64,000 nt of DNA from an uncultured Rhabdochlamydiaceae bacterium (GTDB taxonomy: Bacteria > Chlamydiota > Chlamydiia > Chlamydiales > Rhabdochlamydiaceae), in NCBI GenBank assembly GCA_963712275.1, contig CAVQHD010000001.1, positions 1,024,001 to 1,088,000 of the forward strand, given 5' to 3'. The translations under genes and the position numbers were made by a program. Below the pieces are notes generated by a model. The model was not told the origin of the DNA. It did no database searches and saw nothing but the letters and a program-made list of their open reading frames with translations. Positions 19,547 to 28,378 of the stretch are shown here, one piece after another. Every line of letters begins with the position of its first letter. The first letter of the stretch is position 1.

Positions 19547-20345
19547 GCTTTACTGGAACCCTTCTCCTTCGATTTTTCCTTGGAACCTTCCTTTTTTGGG
19601 ACGTCCTATTCTATGGTATGGTGTTTTCTTTGCCTTGGGTTTTTTTCTGGCTTATGGGGCTTTTCTAGCTCTATTAAGACATGAAAACAAAACAAATGGT
19701 AGAAAAATTGCAGATGAAGTCAGTACTTATGTTTTGATAGGGATTGTTATTGGCGCGCGCCTTTTTGATGTGCTCTTCTATGAAAACCTGACGCAATTTT
19801 TTCACGATCCACTCTTTGTGATTCGCGTCTGGGAGGGGGGGCTTTCAAGCCATGGAGCGGTGATGGGTCTTTTGGGTGGCGTCATCCTCTATCATCGCCA
19901 GCATCGTCATGAATTTAGCCTGATGCACCTGTTTGACCTCATTTCTATCGTTGCAGGGATCACAGCTGCTTGCATTCGAATTGGAAATTTTTTCAATCAG
20001 GAAATTTTAGGGACACCGACGATCCTGCCGTGGGGAGTCATTTTTGGCCACCCTGTTGATGGAAGCTTTCCCGTTGCAAGGCATCCGGTTCAGCTTTATG
20101 AAGCGTTTTACTACTTGGCGCTCTTTGGCGTCATGTGGCGTCTAAAGGATCGTCTTAAAAAATGGCCTGCGGGGCGTCTGACGGGTCTTTTTCTTGTGCT
20201 CGTGTTTTCATTTCGGTTTTTCATCGAGTTCTTTAAAGAAGAGCAAACGGTTTGGCTCACAACCTCTTTTTTGAAAATGGGGCAGTGGCTTTCTATTCCT
20301 CTGATTGTCTTAGGGGCGATTTTTCTTCTCCGCAAAAGGCGTTAG
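19545..20345 (+). CDS. lgt: Prolipoprotein diacylglyceryl transferase
   Basis: WYG, GARL, WEGGLSSHG, RIGNFFNQE and HPVQLYE motifs; start placed at ATG 19545. Confidence 0.95.
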   Translation: MLYWNPSPSIFPWNLPFLGRPILWYGVFFALGFFLAYGAFLALLRHENKTNGRKIADEVSTYVLIGIVIGARLFDVLFYENLTQFFHDPLFVIRVWEGGLSSHGAVMGLLGGVILYHRQHRHEFSLMHLFDLISIVAGITAACIRIGNFFNQEILGTPTILPWGVIFGHPVDGSFPVARHPVQLYEAFYYLALFGVMWRLKDRLKKWPAGRLTGLFLVLVFSFRFFIEFFKEEQTVWLTTSFLKMGQWLSIPLIVLGAIFLLRKRR

Positions 20346-21807
20346 GACAGCTTCTTAGTGTATGTCGATCGATAGGGAGTAGTGGGAGCTGCTTTTGCGC
20401 TCGAGAGATCAAGTGCTTGAGTCTGGTCTCAAGGGTTAAGCCAGCAACCGATTTCTCCTGTAATAAGATCCAACGGTCAAGAGTTGAGTCTTGCGGTATT
20501 GAAAGGAGATGATACCACCCATATTTTCGGAGAAGATCGGCTTTTTGGTGGACAACCGAAGGGTCAATTAAAGGAGAAGCATAGTGAGAAAGAAATTGCT
20601 CTCGCAGGTCGGGAACAATGGAAGGATCATTTAAAGGGCGGTTTTGAGAGACCATTTCCAAAACCAGTTGAAGGAGGGGAGTTTGAGGAAAATGGAGCGC
20701 GCGTAGGACGAGCTCTCCTTGAACACTCCAAAAGGCTATGCGGCGGTTCCAATCGGCCTGCGTTGCCATGAGAGAGATGTCATGCGCTTGAATAAAAAAA
20801 TGGACTGCTTGAGCAATCGCTGCTTGCCAATGCTCTTTTGGATGATCGATCAGGTGAAGCTCTGCTTCTTTTAACAGTTGACCCATGAATTGGAGATCTT
20901 CTAAGGGGGGGAGTCTCTCTTTTAAACAACACCAGCTCAAAATCTCGAGTTCATTTAAAGAAATTAAAGGAGAGTCGCGGAGGTGGGCTGTTTTAATATC
21001 TTGAATGAGCTCATGGCTTGTCTGATCTGTGGCATTTGCAAGAAAACGGTGGATCCATGATCGAAGGTGATCGATATCTCCTGCCGGGGATGTTTGCATG
21101 AAGCAGCAATGAGGAAGAAGAAGAGAAGCCCAATGCATCGAGAGGGCAGAGGACCATCGCATGGGTTCTTCTTTTAAGGTTTGAAATTGCTGAACTTTAT
21201 TTTGCAGGTCTTGATGCAGCTGATGATGGGTGAGATCAGGGTGCTGCATCAAGCAATCCAGCATCCATTTGAGAAGGAGTCGGTCTTTTACATCGAGCTC
21301 TGTTTTAGCAAGAGTGGCTAGTGGTAGAAGGTGTTTTTCAGCCGACCAAATGAGTTCTGTCAGGTGGTGTAAAGCAGGCCGAGCTCCTTCAAAAGTTGCC
21401 ACCGATTCACCAACTTTAAGAGCGAGCTGTTGTGCAAGCAAAAAGGGATGGAGTGAGGAGTTTTTTCTTTGGGCTAAAACCATTTTTAAATTTTCTCGAA
21501 TCAAAAAATGGAGGTTGAGCTTTCCTTCGATTGTGAATGCTTCCTGTTCTTTCTCTAAAAGCTCGGAAAAAGAGGAAATTTTCTCCCAAGTTTTTTTTAA
21601 GAGTGCAATTCCCAAACGGTGGCGGGGAAATTTTTTTTGAAATTCAGGGGCAATGCTCTCAAGCAGTTTTTCTTGGAAATCGAGAGACCACTCTTTGGGT
21701 CTGCAGCTTGATTGAAACTGCTGCTTTACCTTTCTTGAAAGAAAAAGGGAGACGTCGGAATAGGGATCTTGAAGCTCTTGAAGAGACAATAAATCGAGAC
21801 TTTCCAT
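20293..21807 (-). CDS. Hypothetical protein
   Basis: 504-aa open frame, Leu/Gln-rich, helical; no recognised motif. Confidence 0.7.
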   Translation of the reverse strand: MESLDLLSLQELQDPYSDVSLFLSRKVKQQFQSSCRPKEWSLDFQEKLLESIAPEFQKKFPRHRLGIALLKKTWEKISSFSELLEKEQEAFTIEGKLNLHFLIRENLKMVLAQRKNSSLHPFLLAQQLALKVGESVATFEGARPALHHLTELIWSAEKHLLPLATLAKTELDVKDRLLLKWMLDCLMQHPDLTHHQLHQDLQNKVQQFQTLKEEPMRWSSALSMHWASLLLPHCCFMQTSPAGDIDHLRSWIHRFLANATDQTSHELIQDIKTAHLRDSPLISLNELEILSWCCLKERLPPLEDLQFMGQLLKEAELHLIDHPKEHWQAAIAQAVHFFIQAHDISLMATQADWNRRIAFWSVQGELVLRALHFPQTPLLQLVLEMVSQNRPLNDPSIVPDLREQFLSHYASPLIDPSVVHQKADLLRKYGWYHLLSIPQDSTLDRWILLQEKSVAGLTLETRLKHLISRAQKQLPLLPIDRHTLRSCPNAFCGEEKSPLRQSEE

Positions 21808-21895
21808 GAGAGTTCTACTAAGGCTTTAGTGAGCAGAAAGTCAAGATTTTTTTTGTAACTATTCACCTGTCCCTCATTTAGCGGTAAGGAAAAAA

Positions 21896-22121
21896 AAGAT
21901 CGGGCACGGCAACGTTCACGAAAGAAAAGTCAGTCAAATTTTGGTCTGGTTCAAATTCTCCATGGAGAGGGTAACATTTTTTTCGCCTTTTCCCAGGAGA
22001 ATGGCACAAAAAGTGTTACCCTACTTTGAACCAGGCCCAAATTTCTACCCCCATTTTAACAAAAATGCCTCAGGGAACCTCTTTCGTGAACGTTGCCGTG
22101 CCCGTTCCCTTGCCCGATCTT
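21896..22121. repeat. Nested long inverted-repeat element (~225 bp)
   Basis: Perfect 25-bp arms 21901-21925/22080-22104; inner imperfect stems 21936-55/22025-44 and agggtaaca.../...tgttaccct. Confidence 0.85.
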
Positions 22122-22142
22122 CCCTCTGCTATAGATGAGTAG

Positions 22143-22523
22143 TTACGATTTTTTTGCGATGCAAGAAATCTCGATTAAGACATTGAGAGGAAGCTCGGCA
22201 ACTTGCATGGCCTGGCGGGCAGGCTTAATAGGAGCTGTGAAAAATTCGCTATAGATTTGATTCATTACAGCGAAATGAGAGAGGTCTTTCAGATAAACTT
22301 CTGATCGAACCACGTCGGCAAAGGTGCACCCTGCCGCTTTGAGGATTGCCTGCAGGTTTGCAAAGACTTGACGGGTTTGCCCTTCGATACCGGACTCCTC
22401 AACTTTTCCAGAAGCAGGATTGATGGGAATCTGTCCAGAGATAAAAATAAAGCCGGAGGCTTCCACTGCCTGAGAATAGGATCCAATTGCCTTGGGGGCC
22501 TTATCTGTTTCGATCTGTTTCAA
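22143..22523 (-). CDS. ridA: RidA/YjgF family reactive-intermediate deaminase
   Basis: APKAIGSYSQA, ISGQIP, PAR and IEIS motifs. Confidence 0.93.
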   Translation of the reverse strand: MKQIETDKAPKAIGSYSQAVEASGFIFISGQIPINPASGKVEESGIEGQTRQVFANLQAILKAAGCTFADVVRSEVYLKDLSHFAVMNQIYSEFFTAPIKPARQAMQVAELPLNVLIEISCIAKKS

Positions 22524-22593
22524 TTTTTTCCATCATTTTTAATCGTGATCTCTATATCCTATAGAAAAAGGGATTAATTTTGGAGGATCAAAA

Positions 22594-23055
22594 ATGAACT
22601 ATACAATGATTGCTGGACATCTTGGCGCTGATCCAGAAGTGCGGTTTACATCATCTGGAAAGAAAGTGACGACGCTACGTGTTGCTGCTAGGTGTAGGCG
22701 AGGGGGGAAAGATAAGACCATTTGGTGGAGGGTTTCTGTTTGGGGTGAAGAGTTTGATAAAATGATGGCCTATCTTAAAAAAGGGAGTCCGATTTTTGTG
22801 ATCGGTGAAATGAATGAGCCTGAAATTTTTACAAACCGCGATGGAAAACCGCAAATTTCAATGAGTTTAACAGCCGTTGACCTTTCATTCAGTCCCTTTG
22901 GACGACCAGATGGCGGAAATTCTGAAAATCCCTCCCATGCTGCAAATGAGCCTAGCCATGGGCCCTCTCTGGAGCCTGCTGCTGCCTTCGGCCCCCCTAC
23001 CTTCGGTCAAGGAAAAGTAGCCCCTTCATTCTCAGACGATGAGGTGCCTTTCTGA
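22594..23055 (+). CDS. ssb: Single-stranded DNA-binding protein
   Basis: GHLGADPEVR; acidic C-terminus DDEVPF; GGAGG RBS. Confidence 0.96.
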   Translation: MNYTMIAGHLGADPEVRFTSSGKKVTTLRVAARCRRGGKDKTIWWRVSVWGEEFDKMMAYLKKGSPIFVIGEMNEPEIFTNRDGKPQISMSLTAVDLSFSPFGRPDGGNSENPSHAANEPSHGPSLEPAAAFGPPTFGQGKVAPSFSDDEVPF

Positions 23056-24530
23056 TGCATTTCACAGCGGTTTCTTCAATTTCCGATCGTCCGGAAGCAG
23101 ATGTGGTCGTGCTTCCATTTTGGCAAGATGCAAAAGAAGTGGAGCCGGCTTTTCCGATTGCTCCTTTTCGATCACCGCTCGCTCCTGTCCTAAAGGGAGG
23201 CGACTTTCATGGAAAAGAAGGGGAGACTCTTCTTCTGTACACAGGAAAAAAGCGCGAGCCTCGCCTTCTTCTTCTGGGATGTGGACGGCTATTAGACGCC
23301 TCTCCGGAGACATTTCGAAAAGCAGTTTCATCGGCCGTCAAACTGTGCCGTCAAAAAAAATGGACAGCAGTCAATATGATGTGTCCAGAACAAGGGGAAT
23401 TTCACGTCCCTATCGCTGAGGGATTTTTGCTTTCAAGCTACGACTTTAATGAGCTCAAACACGATAGCTTAAAAGAAGATGCGCCATGGTCTCTTCGAAA
23501 ATTATGTCTCATGGGGATTGATAAGACTCAATTTGCAGAATGCAAGCGAGCGCAAACAGTTGTCGAAGCTGTCAATTTTGCTCGGGATCTCGTCAATGGC
23601 AATGCCGACGACATCACACCCCAGAAACTTGTAGACACAGCTTTGGAGCTCAGTCAAACGTATCCTTCTCTCAAGGCTACGATTTTAGGAAAAAAAGAAA
23701 TTATGAAAGCAGGTCTTGGGCTTCTCCTTGCAGTGAATCGGGGCTCCTCAAGGGATCCTGCCTTGATCATTCTCCACTATCAGGGCAACCCATCGTCTAA
23801 AGAATGCACAGCTCTTGTTGGAAAGGGGATTACCTATGACACGGGAGGGCTTAACTTAAAACCGACAGGCAGCATGGAAACGATGAAAGCCGATATGTCG
23901 GGGGCGGCATCCGTCTTAGGAACTCTTAAAGCTTTGGCGGCCCTCAAATTGCCGGTCAATGCCATTGGGGTTGTTGTCTCCACTGAAAACAGTATCGATG
24001 CTAATAGTTATAAGCCTGGAGATGTCTACCGCAGCTACTGTGGCAAAACAGTCGAAATTTCTAATACCGACGCAGAGGGAAGGCTTGTGCTTGCCGATGC
24101 GATCAGCTATGTACAAGACCATTATAAGCCCACGCGACTCATCGACCTTGCAACGTTAACAGGCGGAATTGTGGTTGCCTTAGGCGAGCAAGCCTCTGGC
24201 CTTTTTTCCAATGATGATGATCTTGCGGCCGCTCTTCAGAGGGCAGGAGAGGCGACCTATGAGAGAGTCTGGCGCCTTCCTCTTTTTCCCGAGTATAAAG
24301 AGGCGTTGAAATCAGCCATTGCCGACCTCAAAAATTCCGCAGATCGGAAAGCCTCGTCGATTACAGGAGCCATCTTCATCCAGGAGTTTGTGAAAAAGAC
24401 TGCCTGGGCTCATTTGGACATCGCAGGAACAGCCTATTTGGACAAGCCCAGCGGCTACCACACAACTCCAGCAACAGGAGTAGGCGTCCGTCTTCTCACG
24501 AGCTATTTTTCCATGCTAATGCTATCATGA
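23055..24530 (+). CDS. pepA: Leucyl aminopeptidase (M17)
   Basis: VGKGITYDTGG, MKADMSG, NTDAEGRL and ATLTG motifs. Confidence 0.96.
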   Translation: MHFTAVSSISDRPEADVVVLPFWQDAKEVEPAFPIAPFRSPLAPVLKGGDFHGKEGETLLLYTGKKREPRLLLLGCGRLLDASPETFRKAVSSAVKLCRQKKWTAVNMMCPEQGEFHVPIAEGFLLSSYDFNELKHDSLKEDAPWSLRKLCLMGIDKTQFAECKRAQTVVEAVNFARDLVNGNADDITPQKLVDTALELSQTYPSLKATILGKKEIMKAGLGLLLAVNRGSSRDPALIILHYQGNPSSKECTALVGKGITYDTGGLNLKPTGSMETMKADMSGAASVLGTLKALAALKLPVNAIGVVVSTENSIDANSYKPGDVYRSYCGKTVEISNTDAEGRLVLADAISYVQDHYKPTRLIDLATLTGGIVVALGEQASGLFSNDDDLAAALQRAGEATYERVWRLPLFPEYKEALKSAIADLKNSADRKASSITGAIFIQEFVKKTAWAHLDIAGTAYLDKPSGYHTTPATGVGVRLLTSYFSMLMLS

Positions 24531-24555
24531 ATAGTATTAAAAAGAGAGGTAGCAT

Positions 24556-24790
24556 ATGCCTGTGTATAACATTGAACGAGGAGTTGGATTCACTTGAGAA
24601 AAACCCACTTTTCATGACTTAGACCATCTTGCAGGCTCTTGGTCTGCTTCCGATGAAGAAACTTTCAAAAAGAACACCCAATACTTCGAAAAAATTGACG
24701 AGGAACTTTGGTTATGAGACCCATTTTTTTGATACCAATGCTTATGAGGGTCTTATCTCTGGAACCACCATATCTGAGTTGACGATCTAG
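24556..24790 (+). pseudogene. Collapsed vapBC-type toxin-antitoxin relic
   Basis: RBS plus ATG 24556, in-frame TGA 24595, then HDLDHLAGSWS...FEKIDEELWL stop 24717; overlapping ATG 24714 MRPIF, frameshift, DTNAY (PIN start), only 14 more codons to TAG 24790. Confidence 0.7.
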
Positions 24791-24791
24791 C

Positions 24792-25643
24792 ATGAACTTG
24801 TCGCGGGTTTTTAAAGTGTCGGCTCGAGAAAAAGGGATGACGCTGCTCTCTTTCTTAAGAGAAAAATGTCCCGATGCTCCTTCGGTGAAGGCTCTCAAGC
24901 GGTGGATTGAAGGGAAGCAGTGTACCATTAATGGGCGGGTAGAGACGTTTTCTACCCATCGCCTGATAACGCATGATCAAATCGTCCTGACTCTTACCCA
25001 GGATGAGCAAAAGGTGGTTTTAAAGCCGCTGCTTCTCTGGGAAGACGAGGCGCTTGCAGCCTATGATAAACCGGCAGGGCTTGTGTGTCATCCGTCCCAT
25101 TTCGGAGACCGCCTTGTCCATCGTCTTGATAAAGAGACCTCCGGCGTGATCCTCACCGCCAAGTCAAACCCGATTCTAGAAAAAATGATCCACCTCTTTC
25201 AGCAAAAGAAAGTGAAAAAGACTTATTTAGCCATTGTCAGCGGCATTGTCAAAAAGGAGGAAGGGACTCTCATTTCCCATCTTGCTCCACTACGCCGCTT
25301 CCAAGGGCAAACTCTCTACGGATCCGGTCCCAAAGGACAGCTTGCGGAAACACGGTGGAAAAAGATAGGACAGGGGCCTAAAGCAACACTTCTCCAGTGC
25401 TACCCCATCACAGGAAGAACGCATCAGCTCCGAGTGCATTTAAAAGAAATGGGGCACCCAATCATGGGCGATTATCAATATGGTAAACAGTTTTGCTATC
25501 CAGCGCGCCGCCATCTTTTGCACGCCCATCAAATTTCATTTCCCCATCCGCAATCAGGCGATCAGATCACAATAACAGCCCCTTTGCCTGATGATTTTTT
25601 AGAAGCCTTGGAGGCTCTTGGGATTAATAGACCTCTTGCATAA
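24792..25643 (+). CDS. RluA-family RNA pseudouridine synthase with S4-like N-terminus
   Basis: KPAGL, HRLDKETSG, TGRTHQLRVH and LHA motifs. Confidence 0.94.
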   Translation: MNLSRVFKVSAREKGMTLLSFLREKCPDAPSVKALKRWIEGKQCTINGRVETFSTHRLITHDQIVLTLTQDEQKVVLKPLLLWEDEALAAYDKPAGLVCHPSHFGDRLVHRLDKETSGVILTAKSNPILEKMIHLFQQKKVKKTYLAIVSGIVKKEEGTLISHLAPLRRFQGQTLYGSGPKGQLAETRWKKIGQGPKATLLQCYPITGRTHQLRVHLKEMGHPIMGDYQYGKQFCYPARRHLLHAHQISFPHPQSGDQITITAPLPDDFLEALEALGINRPLA

Positions 25644-25681
25644 CTAAGATTCTACAGAACCTTAGTTACGCAAGAGGTCTA
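25628..25681. repeat. 54-bp mini-palindrome TAGACCTCTTGC...GCAAGAGGTCTA
   Basis: 26-bp arms, 24 complementary, 2-nt loop; contains stop codons of both convergent flanking genes. Confidence 0.88.
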
Positions 25682-26725
25682 ATCCAGATCATTCACCATG
25701 TAACGGGCTGCTTTTTTGATCCCCTTTTGAGTAATGAGTTCTTTTTCTATGAGATCAGCGAGATCTCTTTGCAAAGATCGCCTATTGACTCCAGGGCAAA
25801 GGGATTCATAATCTTGAATTGTAAAATCCTTTTCTCTCATTAACAGGTTTTCCAGCGCCTGTTTTTGCCTTTCGGAAAGTTTGTGTTGAAGCGCTAAAAT
25901 ATCTAGTTTTATTGCATGCGATCCTTTCAGTTGGATTTCATGCATTTGGGTCTCTAACGCCTTGGAGAAATATTCGAGCCAACTCGTCATATCCATAGAG
26001 CTGCTTCTGACAGATTGCAGCGCATGATAATAATCTTGTCGATTCCGATCATAATACTCACTGATAGTAAAAAGTTTTTTGAAATCATAGCCTGAGCGAT
26101 AAAGGCATAAGGTAGAAAGTAGCCGAGCTGTTCGGCCATTGCCATCCATAAAGGGGTGGATATGAACAAGCTGAAACTGCGCGATTCCGGCGATAAGAAC
26201 GGGCGGGATGGTTTGTTCTGTCTGCAGCCAGTGGATTAGTTCATCCATCAAGACGGGAACATCGTAGGGGGCTGGCGGAGTGTAGATAATTTCTTTTGTT
26301 TTTGAATTAGCCACATAGTTTTGAACGGTTCTGTATTGCCCTGGTTGGGCGGTATTTCCCCTGACTCCTTTGACAAGACGTTGATGGATTTCTCTGATCA
26401 GACCTTCAGTAATGACCCCTTGTGAGAAGACATACTCGGAGACGAAATCAAATGCCTTTTTATAATTCAGAAGCTCTTTGACATCCTCAGAATCGACTCC
26501 AGATATTTTTTCACCGGCAATCAGTCTCTCAGACTGATCTAAGCTTAAATGGGTCCCCTCTATATGCGTCGTATGATGAGCTTCCAACATCAAGGCGCGA
26601 GCCTGCATTTTAGAAACCCAATCTTTCGAAAGCTTGGCAGCCTCTAGAAATCCCCGTGTACGCTCAATGGCTGTGAGTGCAGATGCAATTGGGATGGAAA
26701 TTGTAAATCTCGGATGAAATGGCAT
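25679..26725 (-). CDS. Fic-domain protein with C-terminal winged HTH
   Basis: Canonical HPFMDGNGRTAR; N-terminal TTHIEG inhibitory-type motif; C-terminal RRSLQRDLADL helix. Confidence 0.94.
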   Translation of the reverse strand: MPFHPRFTISIPIASALTAIERTRGFLEAAKLSKDWVSKMQARALMLEAHHTTHIEGTHLSLDQSERLIAGEKISGVDSEDVKELLNYKKAFDFVSEYVFSQGVITEGLIREIHQRLVKGVRGNTAQPGQYRTVQNYVANSKTKEIIYTPPAPYDVPVLMDELIHWLQTEQTIPPVLIAGIAQFQLVHIHPFMDGNGRTARLLSTLCLYRSGYDFKKLFTISEYYDRNRQDYYHALQSVRSSSMDMTSWLEYFSKALETQMHEIQLKGSHAIKLDILALQHKLSERQKQALENLLMREKDFTIQDYESLCPGVNRRSLQRDLADLIEKELITQKGIKKAARYMVNDLD

Positions 26726-26726
26726 G

Positions 26727-26849
26727 TTTTTACGACACTTTTTTTCTTATTATGTCATAAAAAAGAACCTTTGGCAACTGGTTTTCTTGTTTTTGCGACA
26801 TATTTTCACGAATTTTGTCGTAAAAAGTGTCGTAAAAATGTCGCAAAAA
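26727..26849. promoter_or_regulatory. Operator-like array of TGTCGYAAAAA repeats upstream of fic
   Basis: Three tandem copies 26816-26849, inverted copies at 26727 and 26790, degenerate copy at 26753. Confidence 0.65.
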
Positions 26850-26910
26850 GGAGAGGGAGAAAAGTTTCTCGACTTTCCATAGACGTTCCAGGTAAAATTT
26901 ATCATTAAAA

Positions 26911-27960
26911 ATGAATTATTTAATTGTTAAAACCTCTTCGCTTGGGGACGTGATTCAGACATTTCCGGTTGTGGAATATTTGAAGTTGAAAGACCCCTAT
27001 TGCCGCATTGACTGGGTTGTCGAGGAGGAGTATGCCCCGCTGCTCAAATCTCATCCAGGGATCTCTACAGTCCTGACGCTGGCCTCTAGGCGTTGGAGGG
27101 GCTCTTTTTTAAGAATAAAAAGTTTACAAGAGGTCCGCGGCGCACTCTCTGCTCTCAGAAACACCTTCTACGACGTGGTCTTTGACTTACAAGGCAATAC
27201 CAAATCGGCGCTTCTGACCTTCTCTACGCGGGCTCATAAAAAGGTGGGGTTTGGATGGGGAGCTGCTGCGGAGTGGCCCAATTATTTGGCGACGGATGAG
27301 AGATTTTCGGTGGCTGCGGATCTCTCCATTCAGAGACGGTATTTATCCGTCGTTCAGCAATTTTTTAATGATGCAACTCCTTTCTATCCGCAAGGAGTGC
27401 GGCTTCTTTTAACTCCTCAGGATGAAGAGTTGTTGGCTTCTTTTAGAAAGCATCAGAAACCGCGGATCATGGTGGCTTTTGGGTCTAAATGGGAGAACAA
27501 ATGCCTCTCATTTTCGACTTTAGTCCAATTTTTAGAAGAAATTGAGAAAAAGGAACGATGCATTTTTTATTTTGTGAGCGGAACTTCTCAAGAAAAAGGG
27601 ATTGGCGACCGGCTCTCAGAGCGGTTTCCTAGCAGCCTTTCACTTCAAGGGCTGTCATTTCCTCTCTGGCAACGGCTCATGAGAGAGGTCGATCTTGTCA
27701 TTGCAACCGATTCAGCAGCGCTTGCCCTTTGCGGGACGACGCCTACGGCCTCCTTTAGTTTTTTTGGGCCGACGCAATCCTCCATTTATAAACCTCTTGG
27801 AGCGCATCACCGTCACTACCAAGGAGCTTGCCCCTACAATGTACAGTTTTCTTCTAGGTGTCCCCGCCTTCGAACATGCTCTTCAGGCGCCTGCCTTAAA
27901 CAGGCTGCGCCTGCCGATCTTGTAAGGCGGTATGATGAGAAGAGAGGAGATGGCGGATAA
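26911..27960 (+). CDS. Glycosyltransferase family 9 (heptosyltransferase I-like)
   Basis: LIVKTSSLGDV, IDWVVEE, YDVVFDLQG, DS and FGPT motifs. Confidence 0.88.
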   Translation: MNYLIVKTSSLGDVIQTFPVVEYLKLKDPYCRIDWVVEEEYAPLLKSHPGISTVLTLASRRWRGSFLRIKSLQEVRGALSALRNTFYDVVFDLQGNTKSALLTFSTRAHKKVGFGWGAAAEWPNYLATDERFSVAADLSIQRRYLSVVQQFFNDATPFYPQGVRLLLTPQDEELLASFRKHQKPRIMVAFGSKWENKCLSFSTLVQFLEEIEKKERCIFYFVSGTSQEKGIGDRLSERFPSSLSLQGLSFPLWQRLMREVDLVIATDSAALALCGTTPTASFSFFGPTQSSIYKPLGAHHRHYQGACPYNVQFSSRCPRLRTCSSGACLKQAAPADLVRRYDEKRGDGG

Positions 27961-28378
27961 CCTGTTTGGTTTCGGCAAACATCTCTTCTTCGTTCAAGGC
28001 TTCAACTTCTGCTAAAGAAAACCACTTGGCTTCCGGGAGAAGGGCTCCGCTAATGGGACGCCCCACGTAGATCAGATCCATATGGCAATGGGCCGGCTGA
28101 GCCCCATGAGAAGGTATTTGTTCTAGGAGGCATAGGTAGGGTCTTTCAAAGCTTGCAGCATTCCAATGATCAACCCAGACGTTTTCTTGAGGAAGAATCT
28201 GAACCTGCAGCCCTGTTTCTTCAAGAGCTTCCCGGCGGGCGCATTCAGGAGGGGTTTCTCCCGGCTCTAAATGTCCGCCTGGAGGAAGCCATTTCTTCAA
28301 TTTAGGGTGAGGGATCAGGAGTACTTTCCCATCTTCTAGGAGGTAGATCGTTGCTGTAAAGTGCTTTTCAGTCCCCAT
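27896..28378 (-). CDS. NUDIX hydrolase
   Basis: GGHLEPGETPPECARREALEETGL Nudix box. Confidence 0.93.
   Translation of the reverse strand: MGTEKHFTATIYLLEDGKVLLIPHPKLKKWLPPGGHLEPGETPPECARREALEETGLQVQILPQENVWVDHWNAASFERPYLCLLEQIPSHGAQPAHCHMDLIYVGRPISGALLPEAKWFSLAEVEALNEEEMFAETKQVIRHLLSSHHTALQDRQAQPV

Noticed and set aside
20342..20358. GACAGCTTCT similarity to 61841
   Set aside because: Short single match with no partner arm
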